From the IMG/VR virus record IMGVR_UViG_2563366949_000011: DNA of 38,235 nt; one strand, given 5' to 3'. The DNA is from a virus. Taxonomy: Duplodnaviria; Heunggongvirae; Uroviricota; Caudoviricetes. The position numbers were made by a program, and so were the translations under genes. Shown one piece after another: positions 20,799 to 29,490 of this stretch. The notes beneath the pieces are model-generated. The model made no database searches. It was not told the DNA's origin and saw only the letters and a list, made by a program, of their open reading frames with translations. The first letter of the stretch is position 1; every line of letters begins with the position of its first letter.

Positions 20799-21041
20799 TT
20801 ATGCTCCGGTGGTGAACAGGTCTAACGCTTCCTTCGATTTACGCACCGCTTCGATAGTGCGGGTCGTGATATCTGAATTAGCGCCGCCTGACTGGAAGTG
20901 AATTTTGAATAGCTCAAGCTTCAGTTCGTCAGTGCCGATGAATTGAAATGCTTCTTCTGCGGCTGCGTTCTGGTTCATGACCAGCTTGTAAATCTCTAAC
21001 TGGAATTTCTGTTCTTCAGTCATGGGAATAATCTCTGCCAT
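20799..21041 (-). CDS. Hypothetical protein upstream of the terminase genes
   Basis: 80 aa ATG-initiated ORF, co-oriented and tightly packed with TerS. Confidence 0.5.
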   Translation of the reverse strand: MAEIIPMTEEQKFQLEIYKLVMNQNAAAEEAFQFIGTDELKLELFKIHFQSGGANSDITTRTIEAVRKSKEALDLFTTGA

Positions 21042-21144
21042 TGTTGGCTCCGTTTATCCGTTAAAAGGGATATCAGTTAAGTTATCCCGTGTAGGGTATA
21101 AGCCATTATCAAAGCCACTCTGTAGGGAATGGCTTTTGTAATAA

Positions 21145-21483
21145 CTACTGTTCGCTTAGCTTCTGCTTCAGCAAGTAACCTTCGAGCATCCAGATTTTGT
21201 TTACAGCATTTTGCCGGGCAATCTTCCGACCAATTTCTGCATCAAAGTTTTCCGGGCTTGCACAGGCGCTCTCTCCGGTGACGGTGAAGCCATTTTGTAG
21301 AGTCAATACACAAAATGTCAGCAGAGCCAAACTGTCGTGATAGTCATCGCCAGTTGCAATAGCTCCATCAGCAGCAGTGAAGTACGTTTCCGCAAGAATA
21401 ATGCTTTCGATATGGTCTGGCGTAACGCGCGGGGCGGTTTTGCCTTTCTCAACGATTTCTTTTTCGATTTGCTGGTCGTTCAT
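21145..21483 (-). CDS. Hypothetical phage protein
   Basis: 112 aa ATG-initiated ORF between the moron and the terminase module; no family assigned with confidence. Confidence 0.5.
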   Translation of the reverse strand: MNDQQIEKEIVEKGKTAPRVTPDHIESIILAETYFTAADGAIATGDDYHDSLALLTFCVLTLQNGFTVTGESACASPENFDAEIGRKIARQNAVNKIWMLEGYLLKQKLSEQ

Positions 21484-21661
21484 AATTATGACCCTGTAGA
21501 GTAGTTGCTTGATTAGGATGTCTTTCCATCAGTCCGCCACCACAAAGAATCTTTTTTGCCATAAGGCAGGAGGTTCATCTTTCAGTGGCTGCCAGTGTTA
21601 TTTCCCCACTTTCTGGCTTGGGTTGTTTCGCTGTACTGCCGTTAATTGATGAGTCCGGGGA

Positions 21662-22147
21662 TTATTTCAGTTCGTTACCAGGCATTTCTTTTAGCTCTTT
21701 CAAATGACAACGATTGAGACTAAACCACTCCCCGTGCGACCTATAGTTGTAATATTTTTGGTGCAATTTGGTTTCAAGCTCTCTATCGGCCGGAATCTTT
21801 GCAATTAGATTTAGCTTCCCACCACTCATGCGAGATATCTCTGAAATTCGTTTATTAACCCTGCGACTAAACCCTATTTTTGTTAGCCCACTATCTTCAG
21901 CATGCAGAACGTACACATATGATTTTTGCGAAGCACTGGGTGCGACTTTGTTGTAATTAATCATGTCAAACATGAAGCCTTGCTTTAGCAAAGTTTCAAA
22001 AAAGATAGAATTAACACACCCATTCCTTCTCAGCTCTGCACTTAGCTTGTCAATTTCCTCTATGATGTCGCCAGACCCCTTTCCACTTATAAGAAAATCT
22101 TGGTACATGCGACCAATTCTTGAGGTAATTTCAACAAAGTTGTTCAT
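21662..22147 (-). CDS. T5orf172 (GIY-YIG-like) domain protein, moron between the lysis cassette and the terminase module
   Basis: 161 aa; C-terminal half YVYVLHAEDSGLTKIGFSRRVNKRISEI...LHQKYYNYRSHGEWFSL fits the T5orf172 signature (VYIL...KIG.T...EWF). Region is visibly AT-rich. Confidence 0.6.
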   Translation of the reverse strand: MNNFVEITSRIGRMYQDFLISGKGSGDIIEEIDKLSAELRRNGCVNSIFFETLLKQGFMFDMINYNKVAPSASQKSYVYVLHAEDSGLTKIGFSRRVNKRISEISRMSGGKLNLIAKIPADRELETKLHQKYYNYRSHGEWFSLNRCHLKELKEMPGNELK

Positions 22148-22293
22148 AGCGTTTACCTTTTAGAAAGATGAGCCTGTTCGCACAGAAAAGCCGTCCCCGA
22201 GATGGTCGCCACCATATACGGCAATTCTCAGGCTCAGCTTTCTGAAAGACTCGGGATTGTTACGCGCTGCGATGCGCGGTTTACTGCAGATGT

Positions 22294-22317
22294 AAAAAAG
22301 CCCCGCAAATGCGAGGC
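22294..22317 (-). terminator. Putative rho-independent terminator downstream of the lysis cassette
   Basis: Imperfect hairpin GCCCCGCA-AA-TGCGAGGC at 22300-22317 preceded on the + strand by AAAAAA (22294-22299), a U-run in minus-strand sense. Confidence 0.4.
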
Positions 22318-22491
22318 TAAATCCTGGTATTTGTAATGACTGGCTCTTATCTCAACGCAGCCCCTTACCGCGCGCCAGATGCTCAATATCAAGCATCAGC
22401 AATGAGATGTTTAATCTGGATTCACTCCAGAAGTGATCACCACCCTGTCTACAGAGCCAGATGTGAAGGATGATGAGTAAAATTATCGCTA

Positions 22492-22929
22492 TCATCGAAG
22501 GCATTGCGTCCTGATGTACTCCTGCAGGTAGTTAACCTGCGCGGTTATCCTGTCGATTCCACTTCGGAGACGGTAATAATTGAGTTCAGCATCTGCTGTA
22601 AGTCTTGGGTTTTCTCCATCGCCCATGCTGCTGGCTCCGGTCGTTGACTTTGCACAGGTGGCGGCGACTTGCAGGCGCTTACGCCCAGCAGAAACATCAG
22701 CACGGAGACTTTCGATAGTCGCGTTAGCATCAGCAAGCTCCTTTGTGTATCTTGCGTCGAGTTCTGCTACATCACGTTGACGCTTCCGCATATCAGCGAT
22801 GATGGATGTGGCTTTATCGCGCTGCTCTTTGTAGGCGATTGCATTATCACGGTAATGATTAACAGCCCATGACAGGCAGACGATGATGCAAATAATCAGA
22901 GCGGAGATAATCGCGGTGACTCTGCTCAT
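22492..22929 (-). CDS. Rz: Rz i-spanin
   Basis: 145 aa with an N-terminal membrane anchor and coiled-coil body; follows the endolysin with overlapping start/stop as in lambda. Confidence 0.85.
   Translation of the reverse strand: MSRVTAIISALIICIIVCLSWAVNHYRDNAIAYKEQRDKATSIIADMRKRQRDVAELDARYTKELADANATIESLRADVSAGRKRLQVAATCAKSTTGASSMGDGENPRLTADAELNYYRLRSGIDRITAQVNYLQEYIRTQCLR
22545..22730 (-). CDS. Rz1: Rz1 o-spanin lipoprotein, embedded in Rz in another frame
   Basis: ATG at 22730; [20 protein letters not shown] with a lipobox-like VSAC followed by the proline-rich [13 protein letters not shown]. Confidence 0.7.
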   Translation of the reverse strand: MLTRLSKVSVLMFLLGVSACKSPPPVQSQRPEPAAWAMEKTQDLQQMLNSIITVSEVESTG

Positions 22930-23402
22930 ACCTCAATCTCTCTGACCGTTCCGCCAGCCTCTTTGAATTTTGCAATCAGGTTGTCAGCCTTATGCTCGAA
23001 CTGACCATAACCAGCGCCCGGCAGTGAAGCCCAGATATTGCTGCAACGGTCGATTGCCTGACGAATATCACCGCGGTCAATCATCGGTAAAGCGCCACGC
23101 TCTTTAATCTGCTGCAATGCCACAGCGTCCTGACTTTTCGGAGAGAAGTCTTTCAGACCAAGCTGCTTACGGTAGGCATCCCACCAACGGGAAAGAAGCT
23201 GGTAGCGTCCGGCGGCTGTTGATTTGAGTTTTGGGTTTAGCGTGACAAGCTTGCGAGGGTGATCGGAGTAATCAGTAAATAGCTCTCCGCCTACAATGAC
23301 GTCATAACCATGATTTCTGGTTTTCTGCCGTCCGTTATCAGTTCCCTCTGACCACGCCAGCATATCGAGGAACGCCTTACGTTGATTATTGATTTCCACC
23401 AT
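22926..23402 (-). CDS. R: Endolysin, lambda R-type lytic transglycosylase
   Basis: 158 aa; [49 protein letters not shown] matches my recollection of lambda R. Confidence 0.9.
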   Translation of the reverse strand: MVEINNQRKAFLDMLAWSEGTDNGRQKTRNHGYDVIVGGELFTDYSDHPRKLVTLNPKLKSTAAGRYQLLSRWWDAYRKQLGLKDFSPKSQDAVALQQIKERGALPMIDRGDIRQAIDRCSNIWASLPGAGYGQFEHKADNLIAKFKEAGGTVREIEV

Positions 23403-23709
23403 CTTCTACTCCGGCTTTTTTAGCAGCGAAGCGTTTGATAAGCGAACCAATCGAGTCAGTACCGATGTAGCCGATGAACACGCTCGTTATATAAGCGAGA
23501 TTGCTACTTAGTCCGGCGAAGTCGAGAAGGTCACGAATGAACCAGGCGATAATGGCGCACATCGTTGCGTCGATTACTGTTTTTGTAAACGCACCGCCAT
23601 TATATCTGCCGCGAAGGTACGCCATTGCAAACGCAAGGATTGCCCCGATGCCTTGTTCCTTTGCCGCGAGAATGGCGGCTAACAGGTCATGTTTTTCTGG
23701 CATCTTCAT
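23386..23709 (-). CDS. S: Holin, lambda S-type (class I, dual-start)
   Basis: 107 aa; [39 protein letters not shown]... matches my recollection of lambda S107 almost residue for residue. Confidence 0.9.
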   Translation of the reverse strand: MKMPEKHDLLAAILAAKEQGIGAILAFAMAYLRGRYNGGAFTKTVIDATMCAIIAWFIRDLLDFAGLSSNLAYITSVFIGYIGTDSIGSLIKRFAAKKAGVEDGGNQ

Positions 23710-23828
23710 GTCTTACCCCCAATAAGGGGATTTGCTCTATTTAATTAGGAATAAGGTCGATTACTGATAGAACAAATCCAGGCTACTGTGTTTAGTAATC
23801 AGATTTGTTCGTGACCGATATGCACGGG

Positions 23829-23863
23829 CAAAACGGCATGAGGTTGTTAGCGCAACCTCATGC
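23829..23863 (-). terminator. Candidate late-leader terminator (tR'-like) between Q and the holin
   Basis: Perfect 12-bp stem GGCATGAGGTTG/CAACCTCATGCC with 6-nt loop at 23834-23863, followed in minus-strand sense by GUUUU (23829-23833). Confidence 0.35.
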
Positions 23864-24305
23864 CACCCGCTTTCACGAAGGTCATGTGTAGAAGGCCGCA
23901 GCATAACTATCACTGATGAATTCAGGATAGCCAGTGGCTACGGCTCAGGTTGGGTTGTGGCGGTCGGTGCTGAACTCCGACTTAATGACGATAGGCGTGT
24001 ACCGACGCCTCGTTTTACTTCCTCCGCTTTCACGGCTTCACCCTAGACCAGCTTTACGAAATCCTCGTAAACCTAACCGCGGCAGATATGACCGGCACGG
24101 TGTGCCATATCACGGACCGGCGGGTGTCTCGTTCACCTGATTAACGCATCAGCCTGCGTATTCACCACAACGATAAGAGTACTGCGCGGCACCTTTCACC
24201 AATTCCGCGAGGTCTGCGGGTTCAATGCTCTTACCTGTTGTGCAAACAAAAAAGCCACCGTTGCAACTTAAGAGTCACTAACGGCAGCTTACCTTCTAAT
24301 TATGG

Positions 24306-24824
24306 CTAAATGGATAATTGCATGTCAAGGTTTTTAACAGCAACATGCTTAACTTTCTCAACACGTTTACGCATTTTGAAAGCATTTTGCATTGGCTGGT
24401 ATAAAACAAATAATGACGCTTTCAGGATGTCGTCAATTTCGTTTCTACAGGTTGCCAGTGAAGGTTTTCTCCATCCCTCGCCACCACGTCCACACATCTT
24501 GCGTGGCTTTGCAGTCGCGTGATAGTAGGATGCAATTGCTCGCTTAGATGAACCATGAGCGTAGTAGCTGAGGAGGATGCCAAAGGCTTTCTTGTCAATG
24601 TACATGACGGAATCAACGACCTGAGAAATCAACATTCCATCATCATCATTACACATTGGCCTTGTCATAATTCTTCCCGGCTCTACGCTCTCCATGAACT
24701 TCGCTATTACGCTGCTCATGCGCTTTTCCAGACGACCTGAATAAACCCATGCGCCCCACAGTTCAAGCCAGCCATTCAGCCACTCGTGCTGCTCTTTGGT
24801 GAGGTTTAGTTCTCTTATGCTCAT
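24306..24824 (-). CDS. Late antiterminator Q (phage 21 / QuuD-like family)
   Basis: 172 aa; WLELWGAWVYSG...TRPMCNDDDGMLI...SYYAHG follows the pattern I recall for E. coli QuuD (ERWGAWAA...RPQCCDDDAM...DYYVVG); sits between ninH and the late leader. Confidence 0.7.
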   Translation of the reverse strand: MSIRELNLTKEQHEWLNGWLELWGAWVYSGRLEKRMSSVIAKFMESVEPGRIMTRPMCNDDDGMLISQVVDSVMYIDKKAFGILLSYYAHGSSKRAIASYYHATAKPRKMCGRGGEGWRKPSLATCRNEIDDILKASLFVLYQPMQNAFKMRKRVEKVKHVAVKNLDMQLSI

Positions 24825-25009
24825 CGTCTTCCCCTCTTGCCTTGTTTGACCATCAGGACGCCGTTAACTATTACGTGACGCTCGCCTTTGCTGTCTCGGT
24901 TGTACTTGAGCACTGTTCCTCTTGCGCAGGAAAGCATCCTCGCCACTTCGGTCTGATTGCCTCGTGTCTGGATAAGAAGCTCTGGTATCGTTTGAATTGT
25001 GGCGTTCAT
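24821..25009 (-). CDS. ninH: NinH-like protein
   Basis: 62 aa; YGNQTEVARMLSCARGTVLKY and VIVNGVLMV resemble lambda NinH. Confidence 0.65.
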   Translation of the reverse strand: MNATIQTIPELLIQTRGNQTEVARMLSCARGTVLKYNRDSKGERHVIVNGVLMVKQGKRGRR

Positions 25010-25368
25010 GCGTTCTCCAGTTCGGTGATTTTTATTCCAAGCCGTCCGCCTGGTACTTTCACACCACGAATTACGCGAATGTCATCGAATTGCTCGTCGT
25101 CTTCCGCAAATCCGGCGTGGATAAGGGAGTCGAGTAAACCTTTCAGGATGTTGTCGAGGTCGCGGCGGCGGGAGTCTGGAACGTCTGCGATGACTTTGAT
25201 ACGGAGTCGTGATTTGGTGAAAATGTCTAACTTGAGTTGGCGGATGATTTGCTGAACGTCTTTTCGGTATTTCTGGCCTTTATCGCTTATGTAATATTGG
25301 CTTCCCCGTCTTCGCCAGTAGGTATTCACCGACGGCGGGTATGGAAGCACAAACTGATATTCGTTCAT
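25006..25368 (-). CDS. rusA: RusA-type Holliday junction resolvase
   Basis: 120 aa; PPSVNTYW, RRRDLDN and GGRLGIKITELEN align with E. coli RusA motifs. Confidence 0.85.
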   Translation of the reverse strand: MNEYQFVLPYPPSVNTYWRRRGSQYYISDKGQKYRKDVQQIIRQLKLDIFTKSRLRIKVIADVPDSRRRDLDNILKGLLDSLIHAGFAEDDEQFDDIRVIRGVKVPGGRLGIKITELENA

Positions 25369-25655
25369 GACTTAATCTTCCCCTCCCTCAGCAGTATCGC
25401 CTGCGTTCTGATCACGCCTTCGAGGTGGTAAAGTCTGGCGTCTTTGTTGTCGAGATTATGGGTGCGTCGGTCGATTTCATCGTGACACGCACTACAAGCC
25501 CATGCACCGATCAGGTCGTCAGGCTTCATTCCCGTTCCGCAAATTCCAGCCATCCGGTAATGTGCCAGAACTGTAGTTTCAGGGTTGCCATTGCATACGC
25601 CGTAAATACGTACCTGACATTCTCTTCCGCGCGCTTCTTTGCGTAGGTTAGCCAT
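25365..25655 (-). CDS. YbcO-like DUF1364 protein (predicted nuclease)
   Basis: 96 aa; MANLRKEARGRECQVRIYGVCNGNPETTVLAHYRMAG resembles DLP12 YbcO. Confidence 0.65.
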   Translation of the reverse strand: MANLRKEARGRECQVRIYGVCNGNPETTVLAHYRMAGICGTGMKPDDLIGAWACSACHDEIDRRTHNLDNKDARLYHLEGVIRTQAILLREGKIKS

Positions 25656-26377
25656 TAAGCAGCCTCCCCTGTTACTTTCAGCATTCCGTTATCGAGCAGC
25701 TTTCTGGTCAGCCACTGTTGACCACGCCCGGTGATTTTTGTGGTGAACGATATCTGTATTCCGTGATTTGTGTTGACCGCTGTTTCTTTCACTGTGAAAT
25801 AGCCGCGATCCATATATTCCTGCATTGGCACATTGCGCCGGGAACCTGAAGCAATAAGGATTTTGTGATCACGCATCCACGCAAACAGTTTGTTTTGACC
25901 AATACCAACAACCTTTGCAAAGTTTCCAATCAAAATTCCGCTGGCCTCGCCAACGCGATCGGCAAACTCAACTTTAGGTGCGACAATTGCGAGCTGGTTT
26001 TCCAGTTGCATTTTCTGCTCAGCAAGATCGGCAGCAAGGCGCAACGCTTCCGGTAGCGTTTTGGGGATATTAACCGCAGCTTCTTCAAGCTCTCGCCAGC
26101 GGTCAACAAGGCGAGCGGTGAACTCTGGCGACAACTGGGCAACAACGACAATACTGTCTCGCTTACCTTGTTCGCCCTCGAAGACGTAATGCTCGTACTG
26201 AACATTGAACCCTAAGTTATTGATTCTTTCGGAAACCTCAATTTGAGGAAGCCGGATAACACCATTTTTAGCCAGCGTTTCGATGGTACGTTTCACATTG
26301 TCATGACGCTTACCAACCAACTCAGCAATTTCAATGCTTGTCATTTTGATGGCATTGCCATTCATTAACTCATTCAT
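25655..26377 (-). CDS. Antirepressor-like protein with Rha-type N-terminus and KilAC-type C-terminal domain, inserted in the nin region
   Basis: 240 aa; N-terminus MTSIEIAELVGKRHDNVKRTIETL is a Rha-family signature; the C-terminal half resembles the KilAC antirepressor domain. Confidence 0.65.
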   Translation of the reverse strand: MNELMNGNAIKMTSIEIAELVGKRHDNVKRTIETLAKNGVIRLPQIEVSERINNLGFNVQYEHYVFEGEQGKRDSIVVVAQLSPEFTARLVDRWRELEEAAVNIPKTLPEALRLAADLAEQKMQLENQLAIVAPKVEFADRVGEASGILIGNFAKVVGIGQNKLFAWMRDHKILIASGSRRNVPMQEYMDRGYFTVKETAVNTNHGIQISFTTKITGRGQQWLTRKLLDNGMLKVTGEAA

Positions 26378-26546
26378 CGTCTTCTTCCTCGTACATTGAG
26401 CTATTCGGATCGCTCATCAGTTCTGCGCAGCAGTGCTCACACATGTGAACTTCCAGCACATGCAGCTTCTGACCGCAGTTAGCGCACGTTAAAGCTCGCT
26501 CGACGCTTTCTTTCTGGCATTGAAGGGATTGGGATGGGCTAAGCAT
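26370..26546 (-). CDS. ninF: NinF-like protein (not in the supplied ORF track, below its length cutoff)
   Basis: Hand translation of the minus strand from ATG 26546: [58 protein letters not shown], 58 aa, matching my recollection of lambda NinF; stop overlaps the downstream start. Confidence 0.65.
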   Translation of the reverse strand: MLSPSQSLQCQKESVERALTCANCGQKLHVLEVHMCEHCCAELMSDPNSSMYEEEDDE

Positions 26547-26892
26547 TATTGGCGTCCTGCATCATGAGAAAGACAATCATGGCGGCGCGGAGTTGGTTTT
26601 CATCTTGAGTCATATGATATGGGGTGCTATCACTGCCAACTTTTCTATGCGCTGCCTTCCATAATCCATTTTCTGGCGCTGGAATAATGCCAATTCTGTT
26701 CTCTACGATAATCGGCTCTGCGTCTTCAGGATTATTGCAGTAGTCGTACCATCGATAATTACCATTTGATTCATTGCCGACAGACCGTCCATCTGCGTTG
26801 TGCGGATAACCTAATGGTATTGCCCCCACTATCGCTTTAAATACTCGCTTGTTAATTTCAAAATCACTTAACTGTGAATAATCCATTGTCAT
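26539..26892 (-). CDS. Hypothetical nin-region protein at the ninE/ninX position
   Basis: About 117 aa from ATG 26892 ([18 protein letters not shown]...), start adjacent to the ninD stop. Assignment is by position only. Confidence 0.5.
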   Translation of the reverse strand: MTMDYSQLSDFEINKRVFKAIVGAIPLGYPHNADGRSVGNESNGNYRWYDYCNNPEDAEPIIVENRIGIIPAPENGLWKAAHRKVGSDSTPYHMTQDENQLRAAMIVFLMMQDANNA

Positions 26893-27065
26893 TTCCTCGC
26901 GCGATGTCTTAGCCACCGGATATCCCACAGGTGAGCCGTGTAGTTGAAGGTTTTTACGTCAGATTCTTTTGGGATTGGCTTGCGTTTATTTCTGGAGCGT
27001 TTCGTTGGAAGGTATTTGCAGTTTTCGCAGATGATGTCGGTGATACTTCGTCGCTGTCGTCTCAT
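26889..27065 (-). CDS. ninD: NinD-like protein
   Basis: 58 aa from ATG 27065: [52 protein letters not shown], as recalled for lambda NinD. Confidence 0.7.
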   Translation of the reverse strand: MRRQRRSITDIICENCKYLPTKRSRNKRKPIPKESDVKTFNYTAHLWDIRWLRHRARK

Positions 27066-27502
27066 GCCGCCCTGTCTCCCCATCGCGCTTTCCATTCGAG
27101 AGCCAGTCGCGCTTCGTCTGACCACTTAACGCCACGCTCTGTACCGAATGCCTGTATAAGCTCTAATAGCTCCGCAAATTCGTTTACACGCATCCTGCTG
27201 GTTGACTGGCCTATTACCACAAAGCCATTCCCGGCAAGGTTAGGAACAACATCCTGCTGCTTTAATGCTGCGGTAAACACACACTTCCAGCTTTCTGCAT
27301 CCAGCCAGCGACCATGCCATTCAACCTGACGAGAGACGTCACCAAGGCAAGCCCAAAGCTTTCGATTCTGGTCTAAGCTGCGGTTGCGTTCCTGAATGGT
27401 TACTACGATTGGTTTGGTTGGGTCTGGAATGATTTGCTGTACTGCGTGAATAGCGTTCTGCTGATGGATGTGGCTTCTTAGTTCAAACGTTAGTTTCCTC
27501 AT
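27062..27502 (-). CDS. ninB: NinB (Orf-family recombination mediator)
   Basis: 146 aa, near-identical over its length to my recollection of lambda NinB. Confidence 0.85.
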   Translation of the reverse strand: MRKLTFELRSHIHQQNAIHAVQQIIPDPTKPIVVTIQERNRSLDQNRKLWACLGDVSRQVEWHGRWLDAESWKCVFTAALKQQDVVPNLAGNGFVVIGQSTSRMRVNEFAELLELIQAFGTERGVKWSDEARLALEWKARWGDRAA

Positions 27503-27719
27503 GGGATGAACTCCAGTTTGCGATGTTAAATTCCCATTTAATTACCTTTGCATACCCAATTTTGAACCCATCAATACCTATCCACCGATTGCCACTCCAA
27601 TAAGCTGTACCACTTTGCTTGAAATGATGTGGATGCCTAGATTGAGTGGTCACAGTTACAGGTAAATATGGCTTCGGGTATTCCCCATTCCCTGGATAAC
27701 CAGATTTAATTTTGCTCAT
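27483..27719 (-). CDS. Hypothetical protein upstream of ninB
   Basis: 78 aa; ATG overlaps the stop of the upstream ORF (ATGA). Confidence 0.5.
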   Translation of the reverse strand: MSKIKSGYPGNGEYPKPYLPVTVTTQSRHPHHFKQSGTAYWSGNRWIGIDGFKIGYAKVIKWEFNIANWSSSHEETNV

Positions 27720-27907
27720 TGATACCCTCTCTCACTTAATCGCGCCCACGCTTCGTTAAACTCTTCTCGGGTTGCGCCGGATTTTCTTTCTTCAAACATC
27801 ATGCATTCGCTGATGTCTCCCCATGACTTTGGTCGCTTTTCAGCGAACAGATCATCCCATTCGAATACCCAGCGTCCTGATTTTCGGTATGGTAAATGGT
27901 CAGCCAT
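27716..27907 (-). CDS. Hypothetical small protein
   Basis: 63 aa ATG-initiated ORF (MADHLPYRKSGRWVFEWDDLF...); overlaps the 3' 109 nt of ORF 27799..28041 in another frame, so one of the two is probably wrong or the locus is frameshifted. Confidence 0.4.
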   Translation of the reverse strand: MADHLPYRKSGRWVFEWDDLFAEKRPKSWGDISECMMFEERKSGATREEFNEAWARLSERGYQ

Positions 27908-28041
27908 GTTGTGCTGTTCGCTGGATACCCATAGAGAACTTCGACTTTTTGATCACGGTCTTTATGCTTTTTCAGCAGGATAAAGCCAGCAACCAGCGAA
28001 GCTCCGGCAAGAATGATGATTGGAATTTGCCAGTCAGCCAC
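27799..28041 (-). CDS. Hypothetical small membrane protein (GTG start), possibly part of a frameshifted gene
   Basis: 80 aa with hydrophobic segment IPIIILAGASLVAGFILL. Its start lies inside a 27-codon ATG ORF (28034..28117) that begins ATGA-overlapped with the helicase stop; a GGGGG run sits at the frame junction. Confidence 0.3.
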   Translation of the reverse strand: MADWQIPIIILAGASLVAGFILLKKHKDRDQKVEVLYGYPANSTTWLTIYHTENQDAGYSNGMICSLKSDQSHGETSANA

Positions 28042-28113
28042 ACTTCCCTCTCCCCCAAATAAAAAGGCCTGCGATTACCAGCAGGCCTGTTACAAGCTCA
28101 GTGATGTAGATGG

Positions 28114-29490
28114 TCATACGTCAGCCCCTTGTGCATATCGTCTGCCACGCGCAGCAGGTGCATTTGATGCTGTGCAAATCTGTCTGGCTTCATCCTGGTC
28201 ACATGCAACAAAGTGTCCGTTACAGAACCGCTGGTAAACCGTACCAAGTGAGCCAAAACGGTTTTTCGTCACGATGATTTCAGCAAATGGCGCGGCGCTA
28301 CTGTTCTCGTCATATACCGCTTCACGATAGAGCATGATGATTGAGTCTGCGTCCTGCTCAATGCTTCCTGAATCACGCAAATCTGCGTTTGTCGGGCGTT
28401 TGTTTGGTCGCTTCTCAACATCGCGCGAAAGCTGACTCAGGGAGATAACGGGCGTTTTCAGGTCTTTCGCCATCGCCTTAAGGCTTCCGGAGATGTGAGC
28501 AATTGCGAGGTCGTTGCGATCTGCTTTCGGCTTCTCAATCAGGCCAAGATAATCCGCCATGATGAGTGACAGGTTTGGATTTTCCTGTTTGTGCCGTTCT
28601 GCGATTGAGCGTATTTCTTCGACCGATAACCGCGAGGCATCGACTACCCATACATCCAAATCTGCAAGCTGACTCATGCCGTTAGCAACACGCGCCCAGC
28701 CTTCATCATCCATCGATGCAGGATTTCGCAGTACGCTAACCGACATCCTCCCGGCGTTGGCAATGCTTCGCTCTGCAATCTGCAATGCGCTCATTTCCAT
28801 TGAGAAAATCAATACCCCGCGCCGGACGTCAGAACCAGGAATAACGCGGCTTGCAACGCCTTCGGCAATCTTCAGCGCCAGCTCGGTTTTCCCCATACCA
28901 GGACGAGCAGCGATTATCACTAGGTCTTCCGCGTTCATCCCTCCGGTGATGGCATCAAGTTCTTCGATTCCGGTCTTCAGGGTATCTGACTCTTCTCCGT
29001 TCCTCAGACGCCTGTCAAGCGTGTCGGTGTAGTCAGTGATGATTTCCCCTAACCGTACAGGTTTAACCTCGTCACGGGGCTTTCTGATGGCTGAAAGACG
29101 CTTTACAAGTTCATCCATCGCCTGACTCGATGCGTCGATGGTTCCGCTCTGAATTGGTTCACGCATTTCATCCATGATTTCCAGCACCAGACGGCGGTGA
29201 TAGTTATCCTCGACCATTCCGGCATATCCCTTCAGGTTTGCGGCACTCGGGCAGTTTTTGCTGGTCATCAGGATTGACGTGAAATGCTCCTCTCCGCACG
29301 CTTCGGCAACCATCAGCGCGTCGATTAGGTTTCTGTTTCGCGCCTGCTTGCGGATAACCTCGAAGGCTTTCCGGTAGAGCGGAATTGAAAACGCTTCCGG
29401 CTCAAGCGTTGCCAGAACGTCACTGGCGGTTGGTGTTAATCCACCAATCAGCAGGCCACCGATAACGCTCGCTTCGATATCCTGTCTCAT
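28114..29490 (-). CDS. DnaB-family replicative helicase (P22 gene 12-like)
   Basis: 458 aa; Walker [16 protein letters not shown], Walker B-like [12 protein letters not shown], and DnaB-like N-terminal domain; start overlaps the initiator stop. Confidence 0.9.
   Translation of the reverse strand: MRQDIEASVIGGLLIGGLTPTASDVLATLEPEAFSIPLYRKAFEVIRKQARNRNLIDALMVAEACGEEHFTSILMTSKNCPSAANLKGYAGMVEDNYHRRLVLEIMDEMREPIQSGTIDASSQAMDELVKRLSAIRKPRDEVKPVRLGEIITDYTDTLDRRLRNGEESDTLKTGIEELDAITGGMNAEDLVIIAARPGMGKTELALKIAEGVASRVIPGSDVRRGVLIFSMEMSALQIAERSIANAGRMSVSVLRNPASMDDEGWARVANGMSQLADLDVWVVDASRLSVEEIRSIAERHKQENPNLSLIMADYLGLIEKPKADRNDLAIAHISGSLKAMAKDLKTPVISLSQLSRDVEKRPNKRPTNADLRDSGSIEQDADSIIMLYREAVYDENSSAAPFAEIIVTKNRFGSLGTVYQRFCNGHFVACDQDEARQICTASNAPAARGRRYAQGADV

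Noticed and set aside
23864-24305. Possible tRNA genes in the Q-holin leader, as found in some lambdoid phages
   Set aside because: I could not find T-arm (GGTTCGAATCC-like) or cloverleaf signatures by eye. Needs tRNAscan-SE to exclude.
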